DNA of 64,000 bases from Macrostomum lignano. Lineage: Eukaryota. Shown one piece after another: positions 29,403 to 41,400 of this stretch. The notes below the pieces were generated by a model. It was not told the DNA's origin. It saw only the letters and a list, made by a program, of their open reading frames with translations, and did no database searches. The first letter of the stretch is position 1. Each line of letters opens with the position of its first letter. Made by a program: the position numbers and the translations under genes. Location: the NCBI GenBank assembly GCA_002269645.1, contig NIVC01000706.1, forward strand, positions 61,411 to 125,410. The letters run 5' to 3'.

Positions 29403-29681
29403 CATGGATGAATAATTTAACCGGATCGCCAGAAGCTCGATTTTTTTGGTCCTAGCCATAGACAAGCACCAGCATCACAAGAAGCTCAGAATGCCGTACT
29501 TTCACACATTTTCACTTATCCTACTAAGTATACTTATAAATAAAGGTTTGCAGCTTCTGCAGCGGCTATTTGTCTATGTGTGAAAGTACGGCATACTGAG
29601 CTTCTTGTGATGCTGGTGCTTGTCTATGGCTAAGACCAAAAAATCGAGCTTCTGGCGATCCAGTTATATTATTCATCCATG
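29403..29681. mobile_element. MITE-like palindrome with ~106-bp inverted arms
   Basis: Arms 29403-29509 and 29576-29681 with few mismatches. Starts CATGGATGAA like the neighbouring element. Confidence 0.8.
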
Positions 29682-30949
29682 TGTACTACCCGTTATTCCA
29701 AGCAGTTAGTCAAGTTGCAGGCTTTATTTTTCAACCATTTGTCTATGGGACATATATACATGCTCTATATGAGATAAAGCACGCTATTTCCGGGCACTAT
29801 TTTAGGGCCCGAGAGCCGATACTACGCGGTTTCATGCGGTTTCTAACGCTGTTCCCAGCTAAATCTCTGGGTGAAATGGCTAGCACACATCATTTAATCC
29901 TAATGAAAGCCGACATAGGTTTGGCGTTCGTTTTAGGGTTAGGGTTAGGGTTAGCGTCGGCATTCAATTAACTATAGCGGCAGTCGAATTGTCAGCGGTC
30001 CGTATAACATTCCTATTATATTTGTCTTTTTGCTGTCCCTTCAGCAAAAATTAAACCGATGTTTATTAAACCATAAATATCGCTGTACGTCGGAAATATC
30101 TGCCCACGTCTCAACTCGTAACGTCGGATGGTTGTACGGTCTGGCAGTCAAATGTTAAACGTCGCGGACCCTTAGGTCTCTTCTAATCAGAGTTACTTAA
30201 GTTCGTCTAGTAAGTCGCCGCTTTCATCGGGAAAAATAGAAATACGAGCGTTGTATGACGCCCATTGGCCTTATGAATACAACCCGGTGTATCCGTGTCA
30301 TTCATGTACAATAATATCAATACACGATACATTGATTGAGAATATTTGCAAACTCGGAGTCAATAGCCAAACGTCACAGTAGTACTTTTTAAACAGTGCA
30401 CTGAAAAGACAAGAAAAGAATATTTTATTTGCCATCAAGGTTTGCTAGAAGTTTTTGCCTTTAGAAGCAGAATATGTAGTCTTATTTTGATCCAGCAAGT
30501 CTTCCCTGTGAATTGATTCAAAGTACTACGATATTACAAAATTTATAAAATATTACTAGTGAGATAAGGTAGCTACATATATTCCTTAACAGGGTGTGGT
30601 CTCGAAAACTGCAAGCCACACCCAAAAGATCATCAAAAGATTCATCACAAGCTTTGAGAATAATGCTCTTCCTACTCGTACTAGGGTGTAGCCTAGCGTA
30701 CCTCGATTATAATTGGATTTAAGAAAGATCGATAGGTTCATTAATTTTTGTAATTATTTGTAAACTGAGCATCATTTTTTATTTTACCAACAAAAGTAAG
30801 TTAAGGACGTCATGAAAACAGAACACGGAATACTGATACAAGATTCTGTGGCCAGGAAGAGCAGAAGTTTCCACATGTCTTATAATCATAGCTGAATTTG
30901 AATTGAATTTAGAGTGCTCTCCTATGTGAACTTGATATCGTAATTACAA

Positions 30950-31285
30950 GTATAATACCCAGGTGTCCAAGATTCCAATGGAAAGTGCATCAGCATTAGC
31001 TTAGTCACGCACACTTTGACTGCATGGCTTGGGTCCGCTCATGAGTTTACGCCCCTTGAAGGCCGACCCCCAGGCACAGTAAAATTATATATACATGCTT
31101 ATCGATAAATAAAGTTAGGAGGGCCACAATACACTCCTGTGCGACTCCGGTATGACTGCGTACGTATCCGCGCTTGTGTGCCAGCTGCTTATGCAAATCG
31201 ACGGAATGGGCAGTAATGCCTCTTGCGGGTTGTGCGACAATATTGCTTAAAGTGCGGCACAACTTGAAGCGACCAAAAAATCTAT
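30950..31285 (+). mobile_element. Diverged copy of tRNA-derived SINE family A
   Basis: The reverse complement aligns with 53380-53680 (GCACTTTAAGC, GAGGCATTAC.GCCCATTCCG, GCGCGGATACGTACGCAG, CACAGGAGTGTA). Confidence 0.7.
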
Positions 31286-32180
31286 CTTGCACCGTTTTCT
31301 TACCATGAATTTAAGTTGAACCTTCGTTTCTTTCTAGTTGTAGGTCTGCTTTTGCATCGTATCTCATTCGGACCGAACGGGCGTTGTGGCAGTGACAGCT
31401 AGCTAAAAGTAGTCACTTTTTACAAGACACAGACGCTATCACTGCAACAAAACAAATTCTCAAGGTCTGTATCCCCCTTTAAAACCCTGTAGTTGAACAG
31501 TATTTTACAAAGAAATAAACGAATACAAAAATAAATAATCTATGCTTACTGTAAGTAGAGAGCAGTGCTCCGGAACTGTTTTAGTCTTTTCTTCTGTCGG
31601 AGAGTTATATCTTATTATAAGTTTAAGAAAAAGCGACGGAAAACTGCAAGTTGGTAAAACTCGCAAGTAGTAGGTTAAGCATGAGTTACCCAGTATTATT
31701 TACTGCACCAGTTTGCAGATCGAAACTAAAAAGTCAACGCAAAATCTGGGGCTAACTTAACTTGGTCGTCTGAGTGGAGTTAAAATAAAAATGAACACTT
31801 TCAAACGCCTTCACAATTGAAAAGCTTTAAGAAATCTTTTCATGCTAAAAAACTAAAAATGAAATCAAAACAAAATGGTGCATTTTGAGAATTTATTTCG
31901 TTGAAAAAACAAATTTTACCACTAAAGCTCTAGAAGTTCAAAACGCACTTCCATTGTTAGTATTTTGGTGTTCTTTTTAAATTCAAAATAATTCCTCAAA
32001 TTGCACCATCAGGTTTCGGAAAAATCCCCTATAGAGGACAAATAATATTTTAAAAATGTTAAAAAAGAAGAGCGACAGCAAGCAAAATTAAGACGTTTTT
32101 GAGTACACTGCAATCTATGTGACAACTTTAGCCAATGGTTCGTTAATTTGTGCGTCGCAAAGGCAGGGCGCAAGACTTTG

Positions 32181-32879
32181 TTATTTTTCCTCTTCATCGT
32201 CTTCCACGTCTTCTTCCTCTTCGTCATCGTCCTCGCCCTCGGCTTTGTTAGCCCGTCGTTTGGCCATCTCGATGTGCGCTTCGACATTGTTTCGCAGAGT
32301 ACTATTAGCCTTCACGACAAAGATGTTGTCGCCGTTCTGCAGACCCATAGCCTCGGGCGTGGTGTTGAAACTCACCTGCCTGTGCGGGATGCTGTTCTTG
32401 CTGCGAAGCCCGCCTACAAGCATGTCGCCAAAGAAGCCGTCGGTGGAGAACACAATATCAGGGTCCGTGTCCAGACCCATTCGGGACAGGAACGCCATCA
32501 ATGGATACTTCATCGGCGCATCGACTAGCATCTTGAATCGAAGCTTTACCGTCCAACGGTCGAGCACGTTATCGCTAAACAAGTCGACAGTTGAGCAGTT
32601 CATCTTCTCCTCGTAGACCATGAATTCCCAGGAGACTCGGCGGACACGGAAGTACAGAAAGATCCATTTTGGCAGACCGCGGCGCATTGTGATCTTGGCG
32701 CCGGCCCGACGAGCGCAGGTCTTAGCCACGTCCTCGGCGCTGTTGTTCCGGTCGCACCAGGCGAAGACGGCATTGCTGGAGTTGTCGTAGTCGTCGTCGT
32801 CTTCGCTGTCCTCGTCGTCGCTTCCAGTTCCGGCGAAAGTGCCGCGAGGCAGCGGACCGAGGATTCGACCGCGCATGGC
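32181..32879 (-). CDS. SUMO-like (Rad60-SLD-type) domain protein with acidic N- and C-terminal tracts
   Basis: VKLRFKMLVDAPMKYPLMAFLSRMGL...NTTPEAMGLQNGDNIFVV follows the SUMO-fold pattern and has no terminal di-Gly. Acceptor ATCAAG| at 32880; ATG at 32876; TAA at 32181. Confidence 0.65.
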   Translation of the reverse strand, partial: AMRGRILGPLPRGTFAGTGSDDEDSEDDDDYDNSSNAVFAWCDRNNSAEDVAKTCARRAGAKITMRRGLPKWIFLYFRVRRVSWEFMVYEEKMNCSTVDLFSDNVLDRWTVKLRFKMLVDAPMKYPLMAFLSRMGLDTDPDIVFSTDGFFGDMLVGGLRSKNSIPHRQVSFNTTPEAMGLQNGDNIFVVKANSTLRNNVEAHIEMAKRRANKAEGEDDDEEEEDVEDDEEEK

Positions 32880-33111
32880 CTTGATGGATGATAAATATTG
32901 ACCATGCAAACTTACTCAGCATACATTCTAATCTTAGGACAAGTAAACTAACTAACTGGGCATTGGTTTGTAGGTTTCCATGGCTGGTAGTTCAGGATGC
33001 TACTATGTTCAGTAAAATCGAGGCTTTTATTTAACTATATTTACTTCAGTACAGTAAAAAACCACTAACAAAAGGTAACTGTGTCTAAATTAGTGCAGAA
33101 GGCAAATTTAC

Positions 33112-33555
33112 CTGAAATTCTGAATTGGAAGGCACGCTCGGACTTATTGGCATCCCAGTGATGCCAACTCGACCCTTGATGACGTATTGCTGACCGTCAA
33201 ACAGCTCGTTACCGTAGATCTGCCTCAGGTGTCTCTCCATCAGCTGCCGGTTGCTGGGCGGTCGCTGCATCTGTCGAAGCTGCTGCCGCCTTTGAGCGCG
33301 CTGCACCCGAGCCACGGCAGCACCGGCAGCCGAATTGTTGAGGCTATTTGGAGCCGGTTCGAACTCGCTACCGGCAACCAGAGAATCTTTGCCGTACAGG
33401 TGGTAATTATGCTGCTGCTCTTTTTTCTCTTTCTCTTCGAGTTCGTCTAGCAGTCGAAAGTTGTAGAGAGGACGCGGCTTTCGTAGCTCGCTAACGGAAA
33501 AGCTGTCATCAAGGCGCCCATGAGGGGCATGGCCACGGATTAGTAGCTGGTTCAT
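33112..33555 (-). CDS. First coding exon (MNQLLIRGHAPH...SEFQ) of orphan gene B and/or the SUMO-like gene
   Basis: ATG at 33555 just after the acceptor TTCTTTTCTAG|; donor CAG|GTAAAT at 33111, phase 0; 148 codons. Confidence 0.6.
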
Positions 33556-33865
33556 TTTCCTAACTAGAAAAGAATTTTTCTTTGACTGATTCTGATAGCG
33601 CGCAACTAAGCCGATGATCTACTAGTGCAACGATCGCTTTCGTTTTGAGCAGGGCAATTCAATTAGGGGCGACCAATGCACGGCCCATAGACTACACTTG
33701 ATTGCAGCGAGTGACAGAGTTTATCTGCACGCATGTGTCTCGGCTGTCTAGGAACTTTTGAAGCGTGGAACGGGCAGTGAATGTTTATAAATCACTGATT
33801 AGCCATAATTTCAATTCTCCTCTGCTACAAAAATTGTATGCATTAGGGATTTTTTATTACATCTG

Positions 33866-34057
33866 CCCCACGGCTCCTTACGACTGTTCAGTCCATGAAC
33901 TGGAAGGTCGCCACACACACCCTCAATTACTCACTTTACAGCTGGGTGAACTGAAGCAATGCAGAGTCAAAGTGTCTTGCTCAATGACACAAATTGTTCC
34001 AGTGAATCGAACCCCGACCTTTAAGTCGTGAGTCAGACGCTCTAACCATTAGTCTAC
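33866..34057 (-). mobile_element. tRNA-derived SINE family B (CORE/V-like body)
   Basis: Minus strand TAATGGTTAGAGCGTCTGACTC...GGGGTTCGATTC (A/B boxes), then GTGTCATTGAGCAAGACACTT...CACCCAGCTGTAAA. Confidence 0.8.
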
Positions 34058-35084
34058 AGCTCCATTGTATTAGAATTAGGTATATTTATAAGGCAGACAT
34101 GCATGTACATCAGTCGTTGTGGTATTTGTTGTTATGAAGAAGAAAGGGTCTGTTAAATAAAACACATTCGAATACGCTACAGATTCATCAAGATTTCTGA
34201 AACAATGTATTGATATTTTGCAATAAAATAGTTTCAACTACTCACGTGAACCAGCGCAAAGATAACTGAAGTCCCAGACTGTACAGTTGAACATGTCGAC
34301 ATGCTATTTTCTAGTGTTAAATTTTGCCGTCTAAAACTAGATAGAAGGAAAGGTTCTGATGTTTGTATTTATATCAGCTGCAAATCTCCCATGAGATTTG
34401 AACTCCCGAAAGCTTTTTATTGCATGCGCTAAAGGATTTTAGGCATGATGACTAGAAAGGATTTTCACTATGCTTATGGAACATGCATTATACATGATGG
34501 ATTAGTGCACGTAACCCGGCATCCTGACTGACTGACCCGTGGACGGAGTGGTGACCTGCACCAGCTGACAAAATTCCATGAAGCACGCAAAAAGACTTTG
34601 TTCCAAAAATGTCTAAAGTAGATTGACAGGAGTGCGTGCTCGGAGAGGATTAGCGTGCAATCTGACATTTTCACATTTTTGTCAGCTCGAAAACGGCCTC
34701 TGAAGCTTTTCTCGCGTGTTTTTTCAATTTCTTTACCAGCAGTTAAAGCATTGAGTTGTTAGACTTTAAAGTGGCAATGTAAAATCAGGATCTTCATTGG
34801 TCGCGTTGAGACATTCACCATCGCATCCCCCATAAAACGATTTGCGTCACTAGTTACGTTTGCTGCTAAAAAGTGAATTGCATGGCTGCCTGACAAATTT
34901 GTCACTTAGAGGCAGTCCGGTTCCAATCTCGTTATTTATTGGTTCATGGATTTCATGGATTTATCATGGATGCCTATGATGCTTTGTGGCGAAATGAACA
35001 GCAAAGTTTCTGTGGCTTCAGCCCTTTGGAAGTGGCGTTAATAGCGGTGGTTTTTTAGTATGGGATTGCAGCTAGTAAGGATTT

Positions 35085-35356
35085 TTAGCCTAGTGCTTAG
35101 AGCGTCGGACTCACAACTGAAATGTCAGGGTTCGATTCCCGATCCCACTAAAACAATTTGTGTCCTTGGGCAAGACACTTAACTCTGCATTGCTTCAGTT
35201 CACCCAGCTGTAAAATTGGTGCCAGCATTAGCTGGGGTAATTGAGGGTGTGTGGCAACCCCCCCCCCCCAGTCCTTGGACTGAACAGCCGTACGCAGCCT
35301 TCGGATGCGCCGCGCAATAGCTGCACATCCGCTCATTGGGGCAGGTTTAATCAATA
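35085..35356 (+). mobile_element. tRNA-derived SINE family B
   Basis: TAGCCTAGTGCTTAGAGCGTCGGACTC...GGGTTCGATTCCC, then GTGTCCTTGGGCAAGACACTTAAC...CACCCAGCTGTAAA; homologous to 33866-34057. Confidence 0.8.
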
Positions 35357-35423
35357 ACTGTATTTTTTAAGGATACCTAATCATTACTCGCAGATGGTTG
35401 GGTACACTCTTAGATGTATACTA

Positions 35424-35720
35424 GCAATCAGCGTCCCCCGTTGGGAGCCAACAAAGAATGGAATACATTTTTTGAATGAAGTACATGTAGCTTCTCCTTG
35501 CAATAACCTCAGCAATTCCCCTTGTAAGAATTGACATCTCGGAGAATTCCCTCGTAAGCCTTGACAGCTCAGCTTCCACCCCGTGGGCCTTGACATCTTA
35601 ACAATCCCCCTAACCCTAACCCTAACTCTAACCCTAACCCTAAATCCTTGACATTTCAGCGATTCTCCCAAAGAGTCACGGCATTATAGTGATTCACTCC
35701 AAGCCTTGACAATTCTCAAA
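35424..35720. mobile_element. Short copy of the interspersed element that carries the 30-bp satellite
   Basis: A ~65-bp flank matches 9089-9155. It is followed by a few degenerate AGCCTTGACATCTCAGC units and (CCCTAA)n. Confidence 0.65.
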
Positions 35721-37994
35721 TGAATCTTCTATGTTCGACATGACGCGCTTCTTTCATGTTTTACGTGACTCTTCTTTCTTTTTGACTTAAAACTTCTTTT
35801 ATGTTTTACATGACGCATCTTCTATCAGCGCCCCTCGTTAAGCCTACCTCCGTGTTGCGTTCTATCACAGTGTTTCTGTGCTGCTAGATTTCTCACGGCA
35901 TGATGAGCAATGACCGGTCAGGCCAACGCTCTGACCTTGATCTGGTCTGGCCTTGTTTCTGTCAGACCCCAAGACTGTTACTCGATAATTACGAGCGTGA
36001 CTCTAATGAGTCAAAAACACCCCGTGGCAATCAATATTTCAGGCAATTAGTAAATAATAAATTGTACATAAATTTGTGAGCATTGTATCTATATTTTATT
36101 TAGATGAAATTCTACTCATAGTAATGACAATGTCACAATAGACCTTAACAAACAATCAGTGTAGCACTTTGCAAATGTGTTGAAAATTTGTTAAGCTAAA
36201 ATGAAACGATAAAACTTGACGGCGCAATTCTTATGCATAACAATATGCGCATGGGCCGTTTGAGTGCGTTGTTTGCAGTTCGTTCATTTAGCAGGAAAAC
36301 AAATAAACAAATAAATAGCAAAGCGAGCAAGAATAAACTAAAGCAAATTTACAAAGAACAAATTAGTAAAACTAGCAAACTGTAAAACAATGCAAAAGCC
36401 GAGTAAATTATCCTAAAAGTCAATAAGTATTTATATAAAGTTTAGCGTATTATGTTTGCGATACCAGTTATTTTAGAGCAACGGGTACAAAAAAAATAAC
36501 TGTAAGCTAAATTTTATGAATGAGGTCTGAAATTTGCAACCTATTTCCGTCTTTTAAACTGTACAGTCGGCGTTTTGCAGGACAACGTTGGTTACAGTTT
36601 AAAAAAGTATAATGCAGATAAAATAATTAGTTAAGGTGCTTTTGCATGCGATTAGATTATTTGCTGGCGCCAGCGAATAAACGTGGAACAGATTTATGCT
36701 TTGACATCACAAAGGGCAACAAGGTGTGACATTTATAGATTCGTTTTTGCAAGCTTAATAGGGAATTTATTGAATTCAAATATCGTCATAAAGTTTGGAT
36801 ACGAGCGTAATATCAAATCCATCTGATTTGATAATCTGATGATCACATCGAGCTAATTGGTTATTTTTCACTGTGTCTGCAAGCATTGAGACATTAAGAA
36901 TCTGAGGTTAATTGCGTAGGTTCAAGAGCATTTTTACACCCCCAAGATGCAGAAAAGACAGCTTTTCGAAACCAGCGGAGGCTGTGATTAAATACAGGGA
37001 GATCATGCACAAAATAGTGCGCTCTGCAATGCAAATACTACTCATCACTGTCAGTAGGAAACAAGCGCATTCACACTATTTGTTGACGCAGTAGATAAAA
37101 TAATTGATTATGCATCGTGACTGAGTAGCGTTAATACCAAAAAACTTGCGAAAAGAAAAATCAAACAATTTGCATAGCTAAAATTCAACTTTGCAGCATA
37201 TTAAAATTTTGATTTTGGGGCGGAACAAATTCTATTAACAGCAGCACTGAGCACTCTGTGTGTATGTGCTTAGAGCAGACTTTTTGAGCAGGTTTAAACA
37301 AATTCAGCCGCAGCACACCATGGGATAAGATAAATATAACTTTTGACAGCTTGCACTCAATCATTCTCAGCATATCTCGCCAATGCGTGCAACCCTTCCG
37401 TCTGATTTAGGGCAACAAGACAGTCCTAATCGTGTTTGGTTAGCCATGCAATTTGTCAGTAAAGTGCAGATCGTGGCTTCAATATTCGCCTTCGTAACTA
37501 CAACTGTAGATGTATCGATTTGAGTAAATAAACAGTGAGACGGGTTCTAAAGAGGCCAAGCCTGAAAATAGACCAAATCAGAGCAGAATAAAAAGCCGAT
37601 AGCTCGATAGACCGCGCCCGACAATCTATAAGAGGAAGAGGAATTCCCTTTTCTCTTCCTTCTATCTTATTCCGCGGGCAGCGAGTGCATTTGCATATTC
37701 GCAATTTGCAATTTATTGGACCGAAACTGTCTCAGAGAGGTCTGAATCTCCTAGAGCTCTGGCAGCGAATTAATCAGCCAAAGAGATAGAGATAGACAGT
37801 AGAGAGAGAGAGAGAGAGAGAAGAAATGGCTTCGTTGGCTTGAGGGAGGCCACCCATGGCCTCTAGATTCTGCAAGCCTCTTTTCCACTTTCATACTTTC
37901 TCTCACACGCATCCTCTTTCGCTTCCCTGGAGGCAAAGGCCGTCAGATTGAGGCCGAGTACGCAGCCCAGTGCAATTTCGGGGCTAAGTTAACT

Positions 37995-38431
37995 TCAGCC
38001 GTCACCCTCGCTCCTGAGCAGTTTGTACCAGCCTTGCACAGCTTTCTTAGAGTTATTGGGCACGCTCTCGACGTCTTCCAGAAAGATGACCGCCTCGCCA
38101 ATTCTCCTGTCATTCTTCAGGCCGATCTTGCATGCCCAGAGTCCCAGCTGAAGCAGCATGCCGTCTAGTCTAGAATTAAACACAAACGTCTCGGCGAATG
38201 TGGCTCCATCGTTTATGTACTTTTGCACTTTGGTTCGTCGCTTCATCGCCTTGGAAAGAAATTGATCGCCGTACAGAAGGCACAGTTTGCAGAATATGTC
38301 GCTGATTGGCTGAGCACCCGGTAGCAGGTTGCGGCACTGTTTCACCGTCACCTGCAGATTACTTTCCCCGGCAATTTTTCTTAAAATCAGGTAAATCTCG
38401 CCGGCAACTAAACTGTCGTCTGGGAGATCTC
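37995..38431 (-). CDS. PCLO: Terminal exon: C2B domain
   Basis: GEIYLILRK...VKQCRNL...KRRTKV...FAETFVF...IGEAVIFLEDV...GWYKLL; acceptor CTTTTAG| at 38432. Confidence 0.85.
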
Positions 38432-41400
38432 CTAAAAGCAGAAAAATGAAGCAACTTTTGCTACGACTGCAGTTTTGCATTACAATATATTTATGTCACA
38501 GTTTTTAAAAAGTCAATGGGTGAGCTATAGGGACAATCTTGAATTAATAAATTCTAGTTATTGTTGGCTGCTATTGTTCGTTGGCTAAATAAACATTTCT
38601 ACAGTAGGTATGAAGGTTTACAAAACATATGCCTACCTCCTCTTTCCGTTTTCAATTCATCGTTCATGAGTAGCAGCTGACCGGGTCCCAGCCATCCCCT
38701 GACCACTTCGCGTTGATCTTCGGTGAGGAAATCAGTATTGACGCTGGACGAATTGCTTGACTTGCTTTCAACTGTGTCGCATCTGGTGAGCATCCACTGC
38801 TGCTTGTCCGGTCCCGCTGTCCAGTTTCCCGTTGTTGAATTACCCGCTGCGGGATAAGAAATGATAGCTAACTGACTTGTATGACAGATACAGGAGGAAA
38901 AACAAAGCTAATCCGCTGAGAGACATTCCTAATATGGCGTTGAAGACTCTGTTGCTGCACTAAAGTCCTCATTAAGACACAAATAATGCCTTTCTGAGAA
39001 CATTTCTCCATCAAAGCTTTCGCTTCTGGGAATTAATGATGATAACGAACGACCCCATACGGTTGTAATACTGCTGAAAATGCTTCTATTCAGCTCGTTC
39101 TTGCGAGCATCGTTCGAGATAATCCGAGTTTTAATTAGAAGCTAAGCCGAGTAATTATCAGCTCATAGTTAAGTGTATTATGGCTGTACAACAGCATCAC
39201 AAAATTGACTCACTCTGAGTTTGCTGTTGCTGTTGTTGTTGTAGTTGCTGTCGCTGCTGCACACTGTGATCCTCTATAACTTGAATCTTTGGCACAGGGT
39301 TCAAGCCACCGCTCGAATCAAACGCCTCTAAAATGCATTCAACATGTGGTGGATCCGACGGAGAAGCAAGTAGATACGATGATAGAAGTGAGTTTTTCAT
39401 TCCCGGATATTTGATTAGCTTTGGTTCGTCATAGAAGTAGTAGGTTTAAAACGCATTTGTAAGGTCTACATGGGTTTTCGTGTCGGTTTTGGTTTGATCT
39501 CAGAGTTCAATGAGTTTAGACTCGTCTGAACTTTGTTATACCCCTGGTACCTTTTATTATCAAAACAATGAAGCTAAGAGCATGTCTAAGATGTATTGAT
39601 TTTATACTTTCGAGTTAAGTAAGCGGATGTTCTTGCAGAGTTCCCTACAATTAATATCGCTGAAAAAAAATAAGAAAACAAAAAATGGCACTCCAGGCGC
39701 TTGAATTGGATTTTGTTTGTACGAGTATTAAGTGAAAATAGACTTCATGGGCCTCCGGTATTCAAATAAGGAATTTTCTATCGGGAAGGTAAAAATACCT
39801 GTAGTTGTAGGAGGTACAATTTTATTAACAAAGGTTAATAAAGTTTTTTCTCTGAATATATTTGTTAGCAAGCAGGCACTTTTGTGCATTAGATAAACAA
39901 TTTTCAATGATACGCGTATCTACTTTCATGACTGAGTAGTTGTTAAGGAATTTAGTTTTAAATAGGCGCATTTCTTATAAAGACACATTTAGCGCGTTTC
40001 ATTAGACAAATTTTATTTCGCTTTTAGTGGTTTTCTAAGGTTATAAAGTTTTTTTTGCGCTGATGAGAATTCAAAACAAAAGTATACTAAGCTGTCGCCT
40101 TACCGATATTGCTTTCTTAAAATATACTTCCCCTTTGGTTGGAACCTGAGAGAATATTGTTGTGTTTGCATTGTGTCTAATCATAAAATCTAGACCGATT
40201 TGTATATGCATGTACATGCATGGGCATTGATTTATTTTTATTCAATAACGTGGGCATTTTGAAAAACAGACAGCCTCACAATGCGGTCATTTCATCTCCA
40301 CACGGGCCAGGAAAGGCAGTTGGATTTTCACGCTTATTAAAAAACGAAACGAGATACAACTCACGGCAAATCACTCAGATGCAGTGTGTTAGATGGGATT
40401 AAGAGTGAGTTAATAATTTCGAATGAAGAATCAATTACCAGTGTGAAAATTCGTACCTGTAATAGTACGCTTCGCCCATGCAAGAAAGAGAATAATTGCT
40501 AAGAAAAAAATTTAACAGCAAGTTCGTGCGCCAGCAGTTTTTGTGCAAATTTTTCTCCTGGGGTTCTGGAGGAATAATATGTCTAGTATGGGTCTTAATG
40601 AACAAACTAAACCATACCTAGATTGAAACTATTCATGGCATATATATCAATCAAATCTATTGTTCCAGTTAACAGTTTTCAAACTCTTTGATTCCGTTGT
40701 AACATTTCAAGATTTGCAAGGCTTCGATGGTAAAGTGACAATACCAGTTTGGAATTGAAAGAAAATTAAACATTATAACACAGTAGCAAATTTATAAAGC
40801 ATTGAGTAGCATTCCAAAAATGTGAAAAAGTTCGATGGTATTTGTATAAAATATTGGAGTTTGTTGGTTTAAGCTATCGGTTTGTATGGTTGTGGTCACA
40901 GCAAAAGTATGGCATTCTGGTACGGGCGTGTTGTTCCACTGCATGACTATCTTGCTTTTTTCTGCCGCATTCTTACCAAATCTGCTGCCGAAAGAATCCC
41001 TCAGAAAATTGAGAGTCCGCTGCGTCACTTATGCCTATTATGAGCTGCAGATGGTGCGTGGACTTTTATCAACGAGATTTTTGCAAAAATTTTCTTCGGA
41101 AGTAAAACAAATGGTTTGATTTGAAGTACGAGCGCGCGGTACACGTATAGCTTGAGTGTTTATCTCAATGCTCAAGTGGACAGACAAAAACAGAAAATAA
41201 TAGAGGATCGCAAGCTTCTTCGAACAACAATAATAAACGACAGTAACTGGAGCTACAGCAGAATTTGATCGGAATTCATTCATTTATTTCGAGTATGATC
41301 CTACTTGAGCTAGAGTCATATATTGTACCTATATAGCTTCCAAGGACCTCGAAATGTCAATATTCAATATGCACTCATATTTTTTCAATTCAGGTAGAGA

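Larger units (their letters stand above)
26918..29748 (+). mobile_element. Candidate Crypton-type tyrosine-recombinase DNA transposon
   Basis: YR gene flanked by inverted CCATAGACAATGG (26918) and CCATTTGTCTATGG (ending 29748), with no TSD. Boundaries are inferred. Confidence 0.5.

Noticed and set aside
29933-29954. (TTAGGG)3-4 here and (CCCTAA)n at about 35608-35643
   Set aside because: Too short and internal to be telomeres or fusion scars; they look like parts of interspersed repeat elements.
31047-31292. 81-aa minus-strand ORF that looks like an exon
   Set aside because: It lies within a diverged SINE family A copy.
35085-35150. tRNA gene candidates (also 34000-34057 and 53660-53724)
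   Set aside because: They have A/B boxes but no complete cloverleaf, and they continue into repeated SINE bodies.
40220-41283. Short AT-rich intronic ORFs
   Set aside because: No motifs or splice support, and the Piccolo-like exon chain is complete without them.
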